DNA of 64,000 nucleotides from Patescibacteria group bacterium (GTDB lineage Bacteria > Patescibacteriota > Microgenomatia > UBA8517): positions 5,878 to 69,877 of the forward strand of contig JBGSJG010000005.1 of NCBI GenBank assembly GCA_041742135.1, read 5' to 3'. This document shows positions 38,008 through 48,697 of this stretch, piece after piece; position 1 is the first letter of the stretch; each line of letters starts with the position of its first letter. A model generated the notes under the pieces. That model was not told the DNA's origin and did not search any database. It saw nothing but the letters and a program-made list of their open reading frames with translations. The translations under genes and the position numbers were made by a program.

Positions 38008-40065
38008 CTATTGCCCCGGGTAGTAGGTGTTACTCACAAACATTAATATTCTTTCTTTTTGAGAATCTGGTGCCCAAGCTTGAAGCGCTTTGCCAATAAC
38101 TGGACCAGCGGCCGTCGCTTTCATGGCTTTCCCGGGTTCGTTTGATGAGGTTAGGTAATCTCCCGGAGCAATGCTTTGCGAGTAACTGGCTATACTCACA
38201 TATACTCGGCCTGACAGAGCTATTGGCAAAGGGTTGTCTTGGTCGTTAATGTTGTAGCCAATTGAATTAAAATCTCCCGCCTTTGATTTGTCAGATATCA
38301 CGCCCAAAACGTTGCTTTGGTATTCGCTGCTAGTTTTAACTAATTGCTGAATCTCATCTCCATCTTTTGTAATTAGGGTGGATGAACCGATTGCAACCAC
38401 TGTTCCTGTTTCTGTGTTTTCTTCTACGGGGTAAATTTCCATGTAATCAGCTGCTGGGGTTCCCGTGCAATCCACGATTTCTACATCGTCGACACTTGCG
38501 CCCGTTGCTCCGGCATGGCTTCCACAAAGCGCTGTAGATGTTTGAGTCCCAGCCAAATTTACCTGAACTCGTCCTTCCACATCAAGCTTCATGTTGGTAT
38601 CTGGAACACTTGCTCCTATTGCCACATCTCCAGTATTTGTGATTGTAAAAAGGGGATTACTGCCCGCTCCACCCGTACCAAGCCATAAAAGATAATTTTG
38701 CCCTGAAGGAAGAGTTGTCTCGGTTACATCTACATTTATTGCCCTGTAACCAGCTGAAGCTCCAGATGCAGAGACATCAATTGTCGGAGTAATATCAAAC
38801 CATTTCACAAGGCCATTCCAAGAGCCTCCACTTCCGCTCCAGGTGCCATCAATTTCAAGAACAGATCGTGTGCTCGACCAATTTGACATAGAGCCCGAAA
38901 CAATTACACTCGATCGCGAATTTCCGCTACTACCGGTTGATCCCGATAGAATTAAGGATCTTAAAGTCCCCGCGGTAATGCTCAAATCTGAATCAGTAGT
39001 TCCACTTTGGATACTAGCCGATGTGGCACCTGAGGCGCCTAGTCTAAAGCTGTTTATATAGAACTCGTTGGTGTCGTAAGCTCCGGCAACGCCATAGAGT
39101 ACATCTGTGGTTGACCTGATAGCGTAACTGTCTGTGGCTATAACCCCCTCGACGTCCAATAGCGCATCGGGAGTTGTGGAATCAACACCAACCCTGCGAG
39201 AAGAGCTGTCGAAATATAGCAGATCGTTATCGATACTAAAGTTGTTACTGTTTAAATTTATTTGCAGCTCACCACCGGAAAACAGCGCAGAGGTGTCATT
39301 TGATGTACCAAAGGTTAATGCTGAGCCATCCGCTAGGTATAGGCTTGATAATTTATTGTCTCCATCTGCCACTGAGTTCCCCAGCGTATTTAATTCGTTT
39401 GTTAAATAAACATAATCATCGTCTGTATTCTCTGTCCAGTAAGAAGAAGTATTGGCAAAAGTCGTTACACAGTCAGACTCGCTACTGCCAATGCAGTATT
39501 TGGTAGCCCCGATGCGGTTGGGTGTAAACAAATTCCCGTTACCGTCAACTCTTAGCTTTTCACTTCCGCCCACGGCTAAGCCAAACAATGTGTAGTCTGA
39601 AGATGATATTGAGGACGGATTAATGTATACAGGGCCGCTACTAACTGATGACCCACCCGGAGAAGCTGTAAATGTTAGCGCTCCCGAGGCACTGTCAGAC
39701 GCGTCTGATCTTACGAATGAGCCTGCGTCAATGCTATCCAAGAGATCAGCATTTATTGCAGTGCCGGTCTGAATAAAATCAGTTGAGTCCAGATCATCCA
39801 GAGTATCTGCGTTTAAGGCTATACCTGAAGTTGACAAACTTGTGTATCCACTATTGCCTGAGACGTCCTCTTCGCTAACTTCAATTTCTGTTGGGCTGAT
39901 TTCTATCGGAGTATAGTCCGTAATTTGCTGTGAATCTGACGGAAATTCTGGGCTACCTTTGACCTTCTCAGTAATAAGTGGTCCTTCTACTATATAAAAG
40001 CCAATAGCCGCAGCAATTATAAAATTAATAAAAATTAACAATCCGTATTTAAGAAAAATGCGCAT
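38008..40065 (-). CDS. Membrane-anchored Ser/Thr/Gly-rich fibre/adhesin-like protein
   Basis: N-terminal TM; LNADTLDDLDSTDF and INADLLDSIDAGSF repeats; VG....PDA.LDVEG units; C-terminal ADYME...IALSGRV...PGDYLTSS...GKAL. Confidence 0.75.
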   Translation of the reverse strand: MRIFLKYGLLIFINFIIAAAIGFYIVEGPLITEKVKGSPEFPSDSQQITDYTPIEISPTEIEVSEEDVSGNSGYTSLSTSGIALNADTLDDLDSTDFIQTGTAINADLLDSIDAGSFVRSDASDSASGALTFTASPGGSSVSSGPVYINPSSISSSDYTLFGLAVGGSEKLRVDGNGNLFTPNRIGATKYCIGSSESDCVTTFANTSSYWTENTDDDYVYLTNELNTLGNSVADGDNKLSSLYLADGSALTFGTSNDTSALFSGGELQINLNSNNFSIDNDLLYFDSSSRRVGVDSTTPDALLDVEGVIATDSYAIRSTTDVLYGVAGAYDTNEFYINSFRLGASGATSASIQSGTTDSDLSITAGTLRSLILSGSTGSSGNSRSSVIVSGSMSNWSSTRSVLEIDGTWSGSGGSWNGLVKWFDITPTIDVSASGASAGYRAINVDVTETTLPSGQNYLLWLGTGGAGSNPLFTITNTGDVAIGASVPDTNMKLDVEGRVQVNLAGTQTSTALCGSHAGATGASVDDVEIVDCTGTPAADYMEIYPVEENTETGTVVAIGSSTLITKDGDEIQQLVKTSSEYQSNVLGVISDKSKAGDFNSIGYNINDQDNPLPIALSGRVYVSIASYSQSIAPGDYLTSSNEPGKAMKATAAGPVIGKALQAWAPDSQKERILMFVSNTYYPGQ

Positions 40066-40136
40066 AATTAGCACTTACAGTATCAACGAAACTTTCCTTA
40101 CATTCAAGCTAGAATACATGATAATGTGAATGTGTA

Positions 40137-42176
40137 ATGGTCAAAAAGTTCGCCATAATTTTATTTCTCTTTTTATTATTTCCTTCGAGTGCAAATGCGG
40201 CTGAATGGTTTGCTTCGCCTTCTGGAACATCTGGTGGAAGTGGGTCTATTAGTGATCCGTGGGATTTGACCACGGCGTTAACAAAAGCTCTGTCAAACAT
40301 TGCTGCCGGAGATACGCTTTGGTTGAGATCTGGTACCTACGGAACTGGAGGCGGCACAATATTTGTTACAGATCTGGATGGAGCTGATGGTAATCCGATT
40401 TTAATTCGAAACTACAACAAAGAGCGAGCGATAATCGATGGAGGAATACATGCTACAACAAGTAGTTCTTGGATAACTTTTTGGGGTTTGGAAGTGACCA
40501 ACAGCTACTCTGAAAGAGTTGCATCAACAAGCGAGAGAGTTTACGGCATAGAGATGAGGGGCTTGGGTATAAAAATAATAAATTGCATACTTCACAACAC
40601 AGGGCATCCTGGAATTGGTTTTTGGGATCAGGTTGGCGATGGTGGTGAAATATATGGGACTTTAATTTGGGGCACTGGACTATATGATACTGATTATGAC
40701 CCCGATTTAACCAGAGGCTCGGGAATATATGCACAAAACCAAAACGGAAATCGATACATCCATGATGTCATAACTTTTCGCAATTTCACGACAGGATTTA
40801 AAGCGTATTCCGAAGGAGCTTATGTAAACGGATTCGATATACAAGGAAATATAAGCTTCGACAACAATGAGGCCAATATCTTTACAAGTTCAGCCAGTAA
40901 TCCAATGCAAGGGCAGGTTGTATCAAACAACTACACCTACCAGCGGAGAGATTATGGTGGGGGATCTATCGAACTAGGTTATGCGGGAGATCATTCCGAT
41001 TTGTTAGTTCAAAACAACTATATTGTTGCGGGCTCAACAAGTAATGGTGTCTTAAGATTACATAGGTGGAGGGAGGCGACTGTCGACAGCAATACTATTG
41101 TCGGTCAAGAAGTATTGGGAGCTCGGACGTTACCAAATAGCGGTTTTGTAAGCACGTCTTGGGACGATAATGATTATTATTCTCTAAACAACGAAACATT
41201 TTTAAACGCTACCTCGGAAGTGGATTTTGCGACATGGAAATCAGTGACAGGCTATGACGCTACCAGTACTCTTACTGATTCCAAGCCTACAGGGACTCGC
41301 ATCTTTGTTAGGCCAAATAGCTATGAAGAAGGAAGGGGCCATGTTGCAGTTTATAATTGGGACTTAAGAACAAACACCTCAGTCGATTTAAGTTCAGTTT
41401 TAGAGCTTGGACAGGAATACGAGATTGTTGATGCTCAGAATTATTTTGGAGATCCAGTAGCTCAAGGAGTATATGATGGCAGCTCGATCGTGTTGCCGCT
41501 TGTTTTGACTGAAGTATCTGAAATAACGGGAACCATTGTGCACGATGTGCCATCCGGCCATACACCATCAGAGTTCAATGCATTTGTTGTGATAGGCGGA
41601 GATATTGGCACATTGCCTACTGCGACGCCAACACCAACTGCTTCGCCATCTACGGGCAGTGCCTCTACTTCGAGTGATTCGGGCACTGCGGTGACTACGG
41701 TTGTTCCAGTTTCATCTAGTGCAATTACCACAAGCCAAACGTTTAGCTCAACAGGCGTTAGCGACACAGATGGTGAGCTAAATATAAACAACGGACTTAC
41801 GTTTAAAGGCAAGTCAGCCGTTGGCAGTTTTGTGACAATAAATTTGCACAAGGATGACGAGATGATGTTTGCCGAAACTGTCCGGCCGAATGCTCAGGGT
41901 TCATGGCTCTGGGAAACCGACAGTTTACTCGAAGAAGGAACTTATATTATTAGTTTTGACACTCGAATTAAAGGTGAAAGTATCAACGTTGTAAAAATTA
42001 ATTTTTCAGTGGACGAAGAAGGTGTGATTACAATCAGCCAATCTTCTCAGGAGATATTTCAATACAGCTTAGGAAATCGCCCGACTGAATTATCGATTAT
42101 CCAAAAATTTTTGAACTTTGCAAAAGACGTTTTGGTGTTTCCTATTATTTATATAGCCAAGAAGGTATCGCTTTAG
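40137..42176 (+). CDS. Secreted right-handed beta-helix (pectin-lyase-like) protein with T/S/P linker and Ig-like tail
   Basis: Signal peptide; SPSG....GS..DPW, AGDTLWLRSGTY and G....PI N-cap; Asn-ladder repeats; PTATPTPTASPST linker. Confidence 0.8.
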   Translation: MVKKFAIILFLFLLFPSSANAAEWFASPSGTSGGSGSISDPWDLTTALTKALSNIAAGDTLWLRSGTYGTGGGTIFVTDLDGADGNPILIRNYNKERAIIDGGIHATTSSSWITFWGLEVTNSYSERVASTSERVYGIEMRGLGIKIINCILHNTGHPGIGFWDQVGDGGEIYGTLIWGTGLYDTDYDPDLTRGSGIYAQNQNGNRYIHDVITFRNFTTGFKAYSEGAYVNGFDIQGNISFDNNEANIFTSSASNPMQGQVVSNNYTYQRRDYGGGSIELGYAGDHSDLLVQNNYIVAGSTSNGVLRLHRWREATVDSNTIVGQEVLGARTLPNSGFVSTSWDDNDYYSLNNETFLNATSEVDFATWKSVTGYDATSTLTDSKPTGTRIFVRPNSYEEGRGHVAVYNWDLRTNTSVDLSSVLELGQEYEIVDAQNYFGDPVAQGVYDGSSIVLPLVLTEVSEITGTIVHDVPSGHTPSEFNAFVVIGGDIGTLPTATPTPTASPSTGSASTSSDSGTAVTTVVPVSSSAITTSQTFSSTGVSDTDGELNINNGLTFKGKSAVGSFVTINLHKDDEMMFAETVRPNAQGSWLWETDSLLEEGTYIISFDTRIKGESINVVKINFSVDEEGVITISQSSQEIFQYSLGNRPTELSIIQKFLNFAKDVLVFPIIYIAKKVSL

Positions 42177-42218
42177 GTTTTTTCTCACCAATGCTCACTT
42201 CTTGTGCTAATCTGAATT

Positions 42219-43445
42219 ATGCTTTTGTTTAGAAAGTTATCGAGAGTTGGGTTTGCCGATAATGGCTTAAAAATGGTCTCTCTCATGCTTCTTTTTGTTT
42301 TTCTTTTTGACGGCATCGTCACATATACAATTCCAATTCTCTTAACCCAACACGGACTTAGTCTTACGCAAATGGGCTTGGTGTATTCGTTCTCTTCTAT
42401 CGCCGGAGCGATCTTTGATTTTGTGTTAAGCAGGTATTTGACCAAAGTAAATTTCAGACGACTTTTTATGGGAATGTTTGTTGTCTGCGTACTTTATGTG
42501 GCTACTTTGTATGGTGCTAGTACGGTCTTGGTCTATTTGATTGCCATGGGTCTTTGGGGTATATATTTTGATTTTCTTGGTTTTGGGATTTTCGATTTTA
42601 TAGGTCGCTACACCGCGAAAACACAGCATGCACAAAGTTTTGGAACCGTCGAGATTTTTAAGTCCATTGGCCTACTTTTATCCCCCATAATTGCTGGCAT
42701 ACTTGTAATTGAAGTAGTTGACTACAAACCTTTCGTGATGGCTTTAGTTTTTTTGTCTATAGCATTTCTCCTTTTTATTGTCTTTGCCCAAAAAGCCAAA
42801 GATGTGGTGAAATATAGCTACCCTGCAACACACAAGAAGGGATTTATTCATGAAATATTTCTATGGGTAAAGCTAGGAAAGGTAATTTTGCCGGTAGTGA
42901 TATTTGCGATTTTCTTAAGCTTTTTTGATGCCTTTTTTTGGACTCTTGGGCCACTAATATCTGAAGGCTTTAAAACAGTTGGCCCCTTTGGTGGGTTATT
43001 TTTAACTGCATATTTACTGCCAAGTATGTTCATGGGGCTTTTTGTCGGAAACTTTACCCATAGATTTGGGAAAAAGCACTCATCGTTCGTGGCCATGCTC
43101 ATCGGGTCAGTAGTACTTTGCTTCTTGGGATTTGTGCAAAGCGAGCTTCTAGCTGTGGCCATAGTGTTTATCGTCTCTACTCTCACCGCTATCGCGTGGC
43201 CTGCAATTCGCGCAGCCTTCGCAGATTATGTTTCCGAGTCCCCGGGGCTCGAGCCAGAAGTTGACGGCTTGGGAGATTTATCATCTAACATAGGATATGT
43301 TCTTGGCCCAGCAGTAGCAGGATTTATCGCAGAGCGGATTGGAACTCTACAGTCATTTTCTTTTTTGGGAGTCTCAGGTTTAGTGCTTTCACTAATTCTT
43401 TTAAAGACCACACCGAAGCACATTAGGGTTCCCAAGAGTCTTTAA
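42219..43445 (+). CDS. MFS transporter
   Basis: About 12 TM segments; G.FTHRFGKK motif-A-like loop; GPAVAG. Confidence 0.88.
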   Translation: MLLFRKLSRVGFADNGLKMVSLMLLFVFLFDGIVTYTIPILLTQHGLSLTQMGLVYSFSSIAGAIFDFVLSRYLTKVNFRRLFMGMFVVCVLYVATLYGASTVLVYLIAMGLWGIYFDFLGFGIFDFIGRYTAKTQHAQSFGTVEIFKSIGLLLSPIIAGILVIEVVDYKPFVMALVFLSIAFLLFIVFAQKAKDVVKYSYPATHKKGFIHEIFLWVKLGKVILPVVIFAIFLSFFDAFFWTLGPLISEGFKTVGPFGGLFLTAYLLPSMFMGLFVGNFTHRFGKKHSSFVAMLIGSVVLCFLGFVQSELLAVAIVFIVSTLTAIAWPAIRAAFADYVSESPGLEPEVDGLGDLSSNIGYVLGPAVAGFIAERIGTLQSFSFLGVSGLVLSLILLKTTPKHIRVPKSL

Positions 43446-43453
43446 AAAGACTG

Positions 43454-43482
43454 TTGCATTTTGCAACTTAGTTGCATATAAT
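43454..43482 (+). promoter_or_regulatory. ZIP promoter with Zur-like operator in the spacer
   Basis: TTGCAT(43454-59)-N17-TATAAT(43477-82); palindrome TGCAAC-TTA-GTTGCA at 43462-76. Confidence 0.75.
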
Positions 43483-43488
43483 CTACGA

Positions 43489-44316
43489 ATGAACGAAGTT
43501 TTAAATTTATTCTTACTCGCATTTCTTGGTAGCATCATTGCGCTTTTTGGGGGAGTTGTGTTTTTGTATAGCAAACGACTTTCTGCGGTTTTGCAAAAAC
43601 ACTCAGTCCCTTTCGCAGCAGGAGTGTTAATTACAGTTTCTCTTGTCGCGCTTCTTCCTGAAGCGATCGATCACATTGGCGAGAACGCATTAATAGTTAT
43701 ACTTTTGTCTTTCTTTGGAGCTTACTTGTTTGAGCATTATTTGATAGATATTCATCACCATGATGACGATGATGACCACAGACACCACACTCATGCAAAG
43801 ACGGCTGTTCCTTTGGTCGTAATTGGCGACACAATTCACAATTTTATCGACGGAGTAGCAATTGCTGCTAGTTTCTTTGTAAGCCCGGGATTAGGCTTAA
43901 TAGCCGCACTTTCTACATTTTTGCACGAAATTCCTCACGAAATTGGGGACTTTGGAATTTTGCTTAAGGCAGGGTACAAAAAAACCAACGTACTTTTGAT
44001 CAATCTCTTCTCTGCATCTGCAACCATTGTTGGAGCTTTCGTTACTTATTTCTTTTTCGAAAATGAGTCATTTATCGGAATAATGCTTGCCGTTTCGTCT
44101 GGCATATTTTTGTATTTAGGCGCTATAGATTTTTTGCCTCACATCACCCAAGGCTATGAAAAAAGGTCTAAGTCCTTGATTCCATTGGTTTTAGGAATAG
44201 CGATCATGCTAGCATCAGTTTTCTTAATTCCACACTCGCATGAAAATGGACACGATAACGAAGAAGAGCACCATGAGGATTTGCAGAATTTAGAGTCTCC
44301 AGATATAATTCATTAA
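43489..44316 (+). CDS. ZIP-family zinc transporter
   Basis: FAAG, LLPEA, His-rich loop, HNFIDG and HEIPHEIGDF. Confidence 0.95.
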   Translation: MNEVLNLFLLAFLGSIIALFGGVVFLYSKRLSAVLQKHSVPFAAGVLITVSLVALLPEAIDHIGENALIVILLSFFGAYLFEHYLIDIHHHDDDDDHRHHTHAKTAVPLVVIGDTIHNFIDGVAIAASFFVSPGLGLIAALSTFLHEIPHEIGDFGILLKAGYKKTNVLLINLFSASATIVGAFVTYFFFENESFIGIMLAVSSGIFLYLGAIDFLPHITQGYEKRSKSLIPLVLGIAIMLASVFLIPHSHENGHDNEEEHHEDLQNLESPDIIH

Positions 44317-44395
44317 ATAAAGTTAAGTAATTAAGATTACGTAAGGACTTGCTTCAGGCTTATTGTAATCAGATAGAATAATTAGGAACACTGAC

Positions 44396-46354
44396 GTGCA
44401 CGAAAGCATACTAATAGTTTTGATCGTTTTTTTCGGCATCTTTTTTGCCGTTATTTCTCTGCTTCATTTTTTTTCCAAAATAGTTTCGCTTCCCTACGTT
44501 GTCTCACTTTTAATTTTTGGACTGTTGGCACAATTTGCAACCAATCTTGTTGGTCTTCACCACGAAATTGCGCTGCCCCCTGACTTTATTTTTTATGTTA
44601 TCTTGCCGCTTCTTTTGTTTGATTCAGCGATACGAATTAATTTTCATCAATTCCAACTTCATTTTAGAACGATCACTTTTCTTACGACTTTTGGGCTTTT
44701 GGTTTCAGTGGCAATAGTTGGGGTTCTTGCGGCATGGATTTCTGATATTCCGTTAATTTATGGACTGCTTTTTGGTGCGATTATTTCTGCGACGGACCCA
44801 ATTGCGGTAGTGGCAATTTTCAAGTCTCTTCGTGCACCCAAGCGGCTTTCACTGATAGCTGAGGGGGAAAGCATGTTTAATGATGCTACTGCTGTTATTG
44901 CCTTTCGTGCACTTTTGGCAATTGCTGTCGGGGCAGTGGGTTTTGAGTCTTCAAGTCTTGCGATTACGTTGGGAAATTTCATTTATGTTTTTATAGGAAG
45001 TCTTGTTGTAGGAGCGTGTGCTGGCTATTTAAGTTCAAAAATCATTAAGAAGATAGACAATGATCACATTATCGAGACCACCATTACTGTGGCATTGGCG
45101 CTAAGCGTTTTTATTATTACAGAACATTTTCTTCATATGTCAGGAGTTATCGCAACCGTGATGGCAGGAATAATTTTGGGTAATTATGGTCGTACAGCCA
45201 TATCTCGCGGAGTTGTGGAGTTTATAGATAATTTGTGGGAATATATTGCTTTTTTGGGCATTTCACTTGTCTTTTTCTTTTCTACTTATTCATTGGATCT
45301 AAATTTCTTCTTGGGCCAGACTTATGTTCTAGCCGCCGTGGTGGTGGCCGCATTGATCGCACGGGCTTTGTCTGTTTATCTATCCTTTTTTATAACCAAC
45401 AGAGTTAAATTTTTTAGACGCGAACCAAATGTGCCAATGGCATGGCAGCATATACTAAATTGGGGAGGTTTAAGAGGGGTCATACCTTTGGTTTTGGTGT
45501 ATTCTTTGCCTTCGAATTTTATATACAAGAATGAATTCATAAGCTTCACCTTGGGGGCATTTTTATTTAGTTTGTTTGTTAATGGAACGACCATTAAAAC
45601 TTTATTAATGAAGTTGGGAATTCATATTCCAAAAAAGGAAGAGGAGATTATTCGTGAAGAGGAAGAATTATTCGAAACCGAGGAGACTAGAAGAAAACTG
45701 GGGAAAATTGCGAATAATGATTTTGTTGTTGATATTAAGAAAAATTTGGAAGCAAAGCTATTGGAGGAAGAAAGAAGGCACAAAGAAACACTTCTTAGGC
45801 TCAGTGGTTCAAAAGAGTTTTTGCGAAGCTTGAAATACCAAGCACTGCAAATAGAAAGAGATAAGTTGGATGAGTTGTTTGAGAAAGGATTCATTAACGA
45901 GTCAGTATATTTTGTTTTCGAGACACAACTAGACATACAGTTTGATAGTTTGGAGTTTCCAGAAGTTACTGGCGGCATCAAAAGAGGTGGGCTTTTGCCC
46001 TCAAGAAAGCGTTTTTCCGAGCGCATGGTTAGGCTTGAGAAACTGTCACGCGAGCATCCTCTTTTGGCTAGAATTTCAGAATCTCCAAAAGAGATTTTAA
46101 TAAAAGATAGGATTGCACTTCTTAAGACGCGGCTTGCTACATGCATCTCGGTTTTAGATTACACAAAAAGAACCAAGAAAGTGTTCGCCGGAAACGCCGA
46201 GGCACTTCGGGCAATTTCTATTGTGGAAAACGAATACAAGTTTTATGTTAAATCAAACAAAAAGCAGATGAAAGACCTCTCGGTTTCTTTTCGCGATATT
46301 GCCAAAGAATACGAAGAAGAATTTGTCCAAACACTTCTTAAAAGTAAATCCTAG
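44396..46354 (+). CDS. CPA1-family Na+/H+ antiporter
   Basis: LPLLLF, SATDPIAV, GESMFND, HMSGV and GGLRG; long cytoplasmic tail. Confidence 0.93.
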   Translation: MHESILIVLIVFFGIFFAVISLLHFFSKIVSLPYVVSLLIFGLLAQFATNLVGLHHEIALPPDFIFYVILPLLLFDSAIRINFHQFQLHFRTITFLTTFGLLVSVAIVGVLAAWISDIPLIYGLLFGAIISATDPIAVVAIFKSLRAPKRLSLIAEGESMFNDATAVIAFRALLAIAVGAVGFESSSLAITLGNFIYVFIGSLVVGACAGYLSSKIIKKIDNDHIIETTITVALALSVFIITEHFLHMSGVIATVMAGIILGNYGRTAISRGVVEFIDNLWEYIAFLGISLVFFFSTYSLDLNFFLGQTYVLAAVVVAALIARALSVYLSFFITNRVKFFRREPNVPMAWQHILNWGGLRGVIPLVLVYSLPSNFIYKNEFISFTLGAFLFSLFVNGTTIKTLLMKLGIHIPKKEEEIIREEEELFETEETRRKLGKIANNDFVVDIKKNLEAKLLEEERRHKETLLRLSGSKEFLRSLKYQALQIERDKLDELFEKGFINESVYFVFETQLDIQFDSLEFPEVTGGIKRGGLLPSRKRFSERMVRLEKLSREHPLLARISESPKEILIKDRIALLKTRLATCISVLDYTKRTKKVFAGNAEALRAISIVENEYKFYVKSNKKQMKDLSVSFRDIAKEYEEEFVQTLLKSKS

Positions 46355-46369
46355 TGCAATAATTGCATA

Positions 46370-47065
46370 ATGCTAGTTATTTTTGCCAATCTTTGGATTT
46401 GGCGCGCGTTTGTCAGTAATTTCCCTGTTTTCGTAGCACTTGTCATGGCTTCTGTAGTTTTAATTAAAGCCTTTGACAATAAAAAATATATTAAATTCGT
46501 TTTGATAACCTTTGGAGCTTTACTTCTTTGGCAAGCCATTGGCACCCAAAGGCAAGACTTGCAAAAACTTGATAATGACCAAATTCGTGTTCAAGACACT
46601 AGGCTTAATGAATATCCACCAATAAATTTTCCACTGGCTTATTGGCTTGAAGCAAGGCCAGAAACAGTTGCATTTTCTCGGGTGCGTGATAATTTTTTTG
46701 AACAACTAGATTTAAATTTATATTTTTTTGCTGCTCACCCACGGGAGCGAGTCGGAGTTGATGAATTTGAAAAGTTTCCTTACATCTTGTTGCCGTTTTT
46801 TGGTGTGGGGATTTTCGTTGCATGGCAAAAGTATAAATTTTTATTAGTCGCGCTTCTAACAAGCATTATTGCCGCATCTTTAATTGGCATTAATAATCAT
46901 CTTGGGAATTTTTCAATCTTTCCCCCTTTGGTGGGGCTTGTTTATCTGGGGCTCAAGAAAACTTACGATTGGGTGCCAATAAAATTTAGAAAATTATCAA
47001 TCATAATATTTGCAATAAGTTTTGTTTTGGCATTTATGCAAATTTATTTATATGAAACTGCGTAA
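46370..47065 (+). CDS. Hypothetical membrane protein (GT-C-associated)
   Basis: Multi-TM with LDLNLYFF and LLPFF.VG; overlaps the start of the GT-C gene. Confidence 0.65.
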   Translation: MLVIFANLWIWRAFVSNFPVFVALVMASVVLIKAFDNKKYIKFVLITFGALLLWQAIGTQRQDLQKLDNDQIRVQDTRLNEYPPINFPLAYWLEARPETVAFSRVRDNFFEQLDLNLYFFAAHPRERVGVDEFEKFPYILLPFFGVGIFVAWQKYKFLLVALLTSIIAASLIGINNHLGNFSIFPPLVGLVYLGLKKTYDWVPIKFRKLSIIIFAISFVLAFMQIYLYETA

Positions 47066-48686
47066 CACAAAATTAGTTTGGCTTTTAATCATTATCGGAA
47101 TCGGTGCGTTCCTTCGCTTTTACAAGCTTTCTGAAATTCCATCAGGTGTTTACGTTGACGAAGCGGCGATTGGCTACAACGCCTATTCAATCTTAGAAAC
47201 TGGAAGAGACGAATTTGGTTTTTCGTTTCCTGTATTTTTGCGCTCGTTTGGAGCTTTTTCGTCACCACTTTACGTTTACTTGTCGATTCCACTAATTAAA
47301 CTATTTGGGCTTTCTGAGTTTTCTATAAGATTTCTATCAGCACTGTCGGGGACGCTCACAATTCCAATAATTTATTTAATCCTCCAAAGATTTCTTAAAA
47401 AAAGGTCTGAGCAATCTGTTTTACTTGGTACGCTAGTGTTTGCGATTTCACCTTGGCATATCTTTTTCAGCCGCGGTGCTTTTGAAGCCAATCTTGGCCT
47501 ACTTATTTTATCGCTTGCGATTTTGGCGTTTCTTTCAACTAGGCGAAATAAAAAATACTATTTGATTGGAGTTTTTCTTTTGGCGATCTCGACTTATGCC
47601 TACCATTCACTTCGACTTGTGCCAGCGGTGTTTCTTCCAGTTTATTCACTATTTTTGGTTAAGAACAAATATATTTCTATAAAGGATGTCGCCGTGGCAG
47701 TTGGAATTTTTGTGATAGTTTTAATGCCTCAAATAGCAATCATGACTACTCCTGCGTTTTCCTCTCGTGCAAGTGGACTTCTATATCTGGACATTGTCAG
47801 CTCTCAGTCAGGAAAGCTTGGATTATTGCCAGAAGTGGTAGCTTTTCCACTGGCTTTTGCTCGTGAATTTTTTGCTCAATTTATTTCATATGTGAATCCA
47901 AAAAATATTTTCTTTTTAGGGGACTCTGATCTTCAGCGAAGTATCCCCACGATGGGGCTTTATTATTCTTGGCTTTTGCCTTTTTGGTTTTTTGGTTTAA
48001 GAAAAAACTTTCTTCTTGTTTTGATGTTAGTTAGTTTTATCGTTCCGGCGGCACTTGCCCGCGATCCTTTTTCGTCTCTCCGTGCTCTGTCTTTAATTAT
48101 TCCATTTAGCATTATGATTGCTTTTGGATTTGAGTACTTTATAAGTAAAGTTGGGCATAAAATTGTTACTGGCGGAGTGATACTTTTTTCGCTGGCGTCG
48201 ATGCTATTTTTGTGGCGAGCTTACTTTGTCCTTTTTGCTCACGAACGAGCGGCTATCTGGAACTATGGCTATTCGGAGTTGGCAGAGGAAATTAAATCAC
48301 GAGATGAACATTTCGTGATTGATACCAGCCGGATAAAGCCGCCGCATATTCTGTTGGCTTTTTATCTTAGGAATCCACCTAAAGATTATCAGGAATTTGC
48401 CAAGACAAAAATTAAAGCAGGGTACTATGAGGATCTCGATTTTGATACTTATTACAAGCTTCGCAATTTCGAGACTCGGTTAATCAATTGGGAAGAAGAC
48501 GTATACCGTGAACAAATTCTTGTAGGAGACAGTCTGTCGATTTCAAGCGAACAAGCGGCCGAGCACTTTTTGGATAAAGTTTTTGAAATCAAGGGCCCCT
48601 TAAATGAGATTATTTTTGTGGGTTTTAAAACCAATCCAGAGGAGAAGTGCAAGAGTGTTAAATTTCTAAACAAGAACTGTAAATAG
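47052..48686 (+). CDS. GT-C (ArnT/PMT-like) glycosyltransferase
   Basis: FLRFYKL, DEAAIGYNAYSILETGRDE, PLYVY, ISPWHIFFSR and WNYGY. Confidence 0.9.
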   Translation: MKLRNTKLVWLLIIIGIGAFLRFYKLSEIPSGVYVDEAAIGYNAYSILETGRDEFGFSFPVFLRSFGAFSSPLYVYLSIPLIKLFGLSEFSIRFLSALSGTLTIPIIYLILQRFLKKRSEQSVLLGTLVFAISPWHIFFSRGAFEANLGLLILSLAILAFLSTRRNKKYYLIGVFLLAISTYAYHSLRLVPAVFLPVYSLFLVKNKYISIKDVAVAVGIFVIVLMPQIAIMTTPAFSSRASGLLYLDIVSSQSGKLGLLPEVVAFPLAFAREFFAQFISYVNPKNIFFLGDSDLQRSIPTMGLYYSWLLPFWFFGLRKNFLLVLMLVSFIVPAALARDPFSSLRALSLIIPFSIMIAFGFEYFISKVGHKIVTGGVILFSLASMLFLWRAYFVLFAHERAAIWNYGYSELAEEIKSRDEHFVIDTSRIKPPHILLAFYLRNPPKDYQEFAKTKIKAGYYEDLDFDTYYKLRNFETRLINWEEDVYREQILVGDSLSISSEQAAEHFLDKVFEIKGPLNEIIFVGFKTNPEEKCKSVKFLNKNCK

Positions 48687-48697
48687 TATAGTTACAT

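Noticed and set aside
46355-46367. Palindrome TGCAAT-A-ATTGCA as a second Zur box
   Set aside because: Spacing differs from the 43462 site, the downstream gene has no metal link, and it is short and AT-rich enough to be chance.
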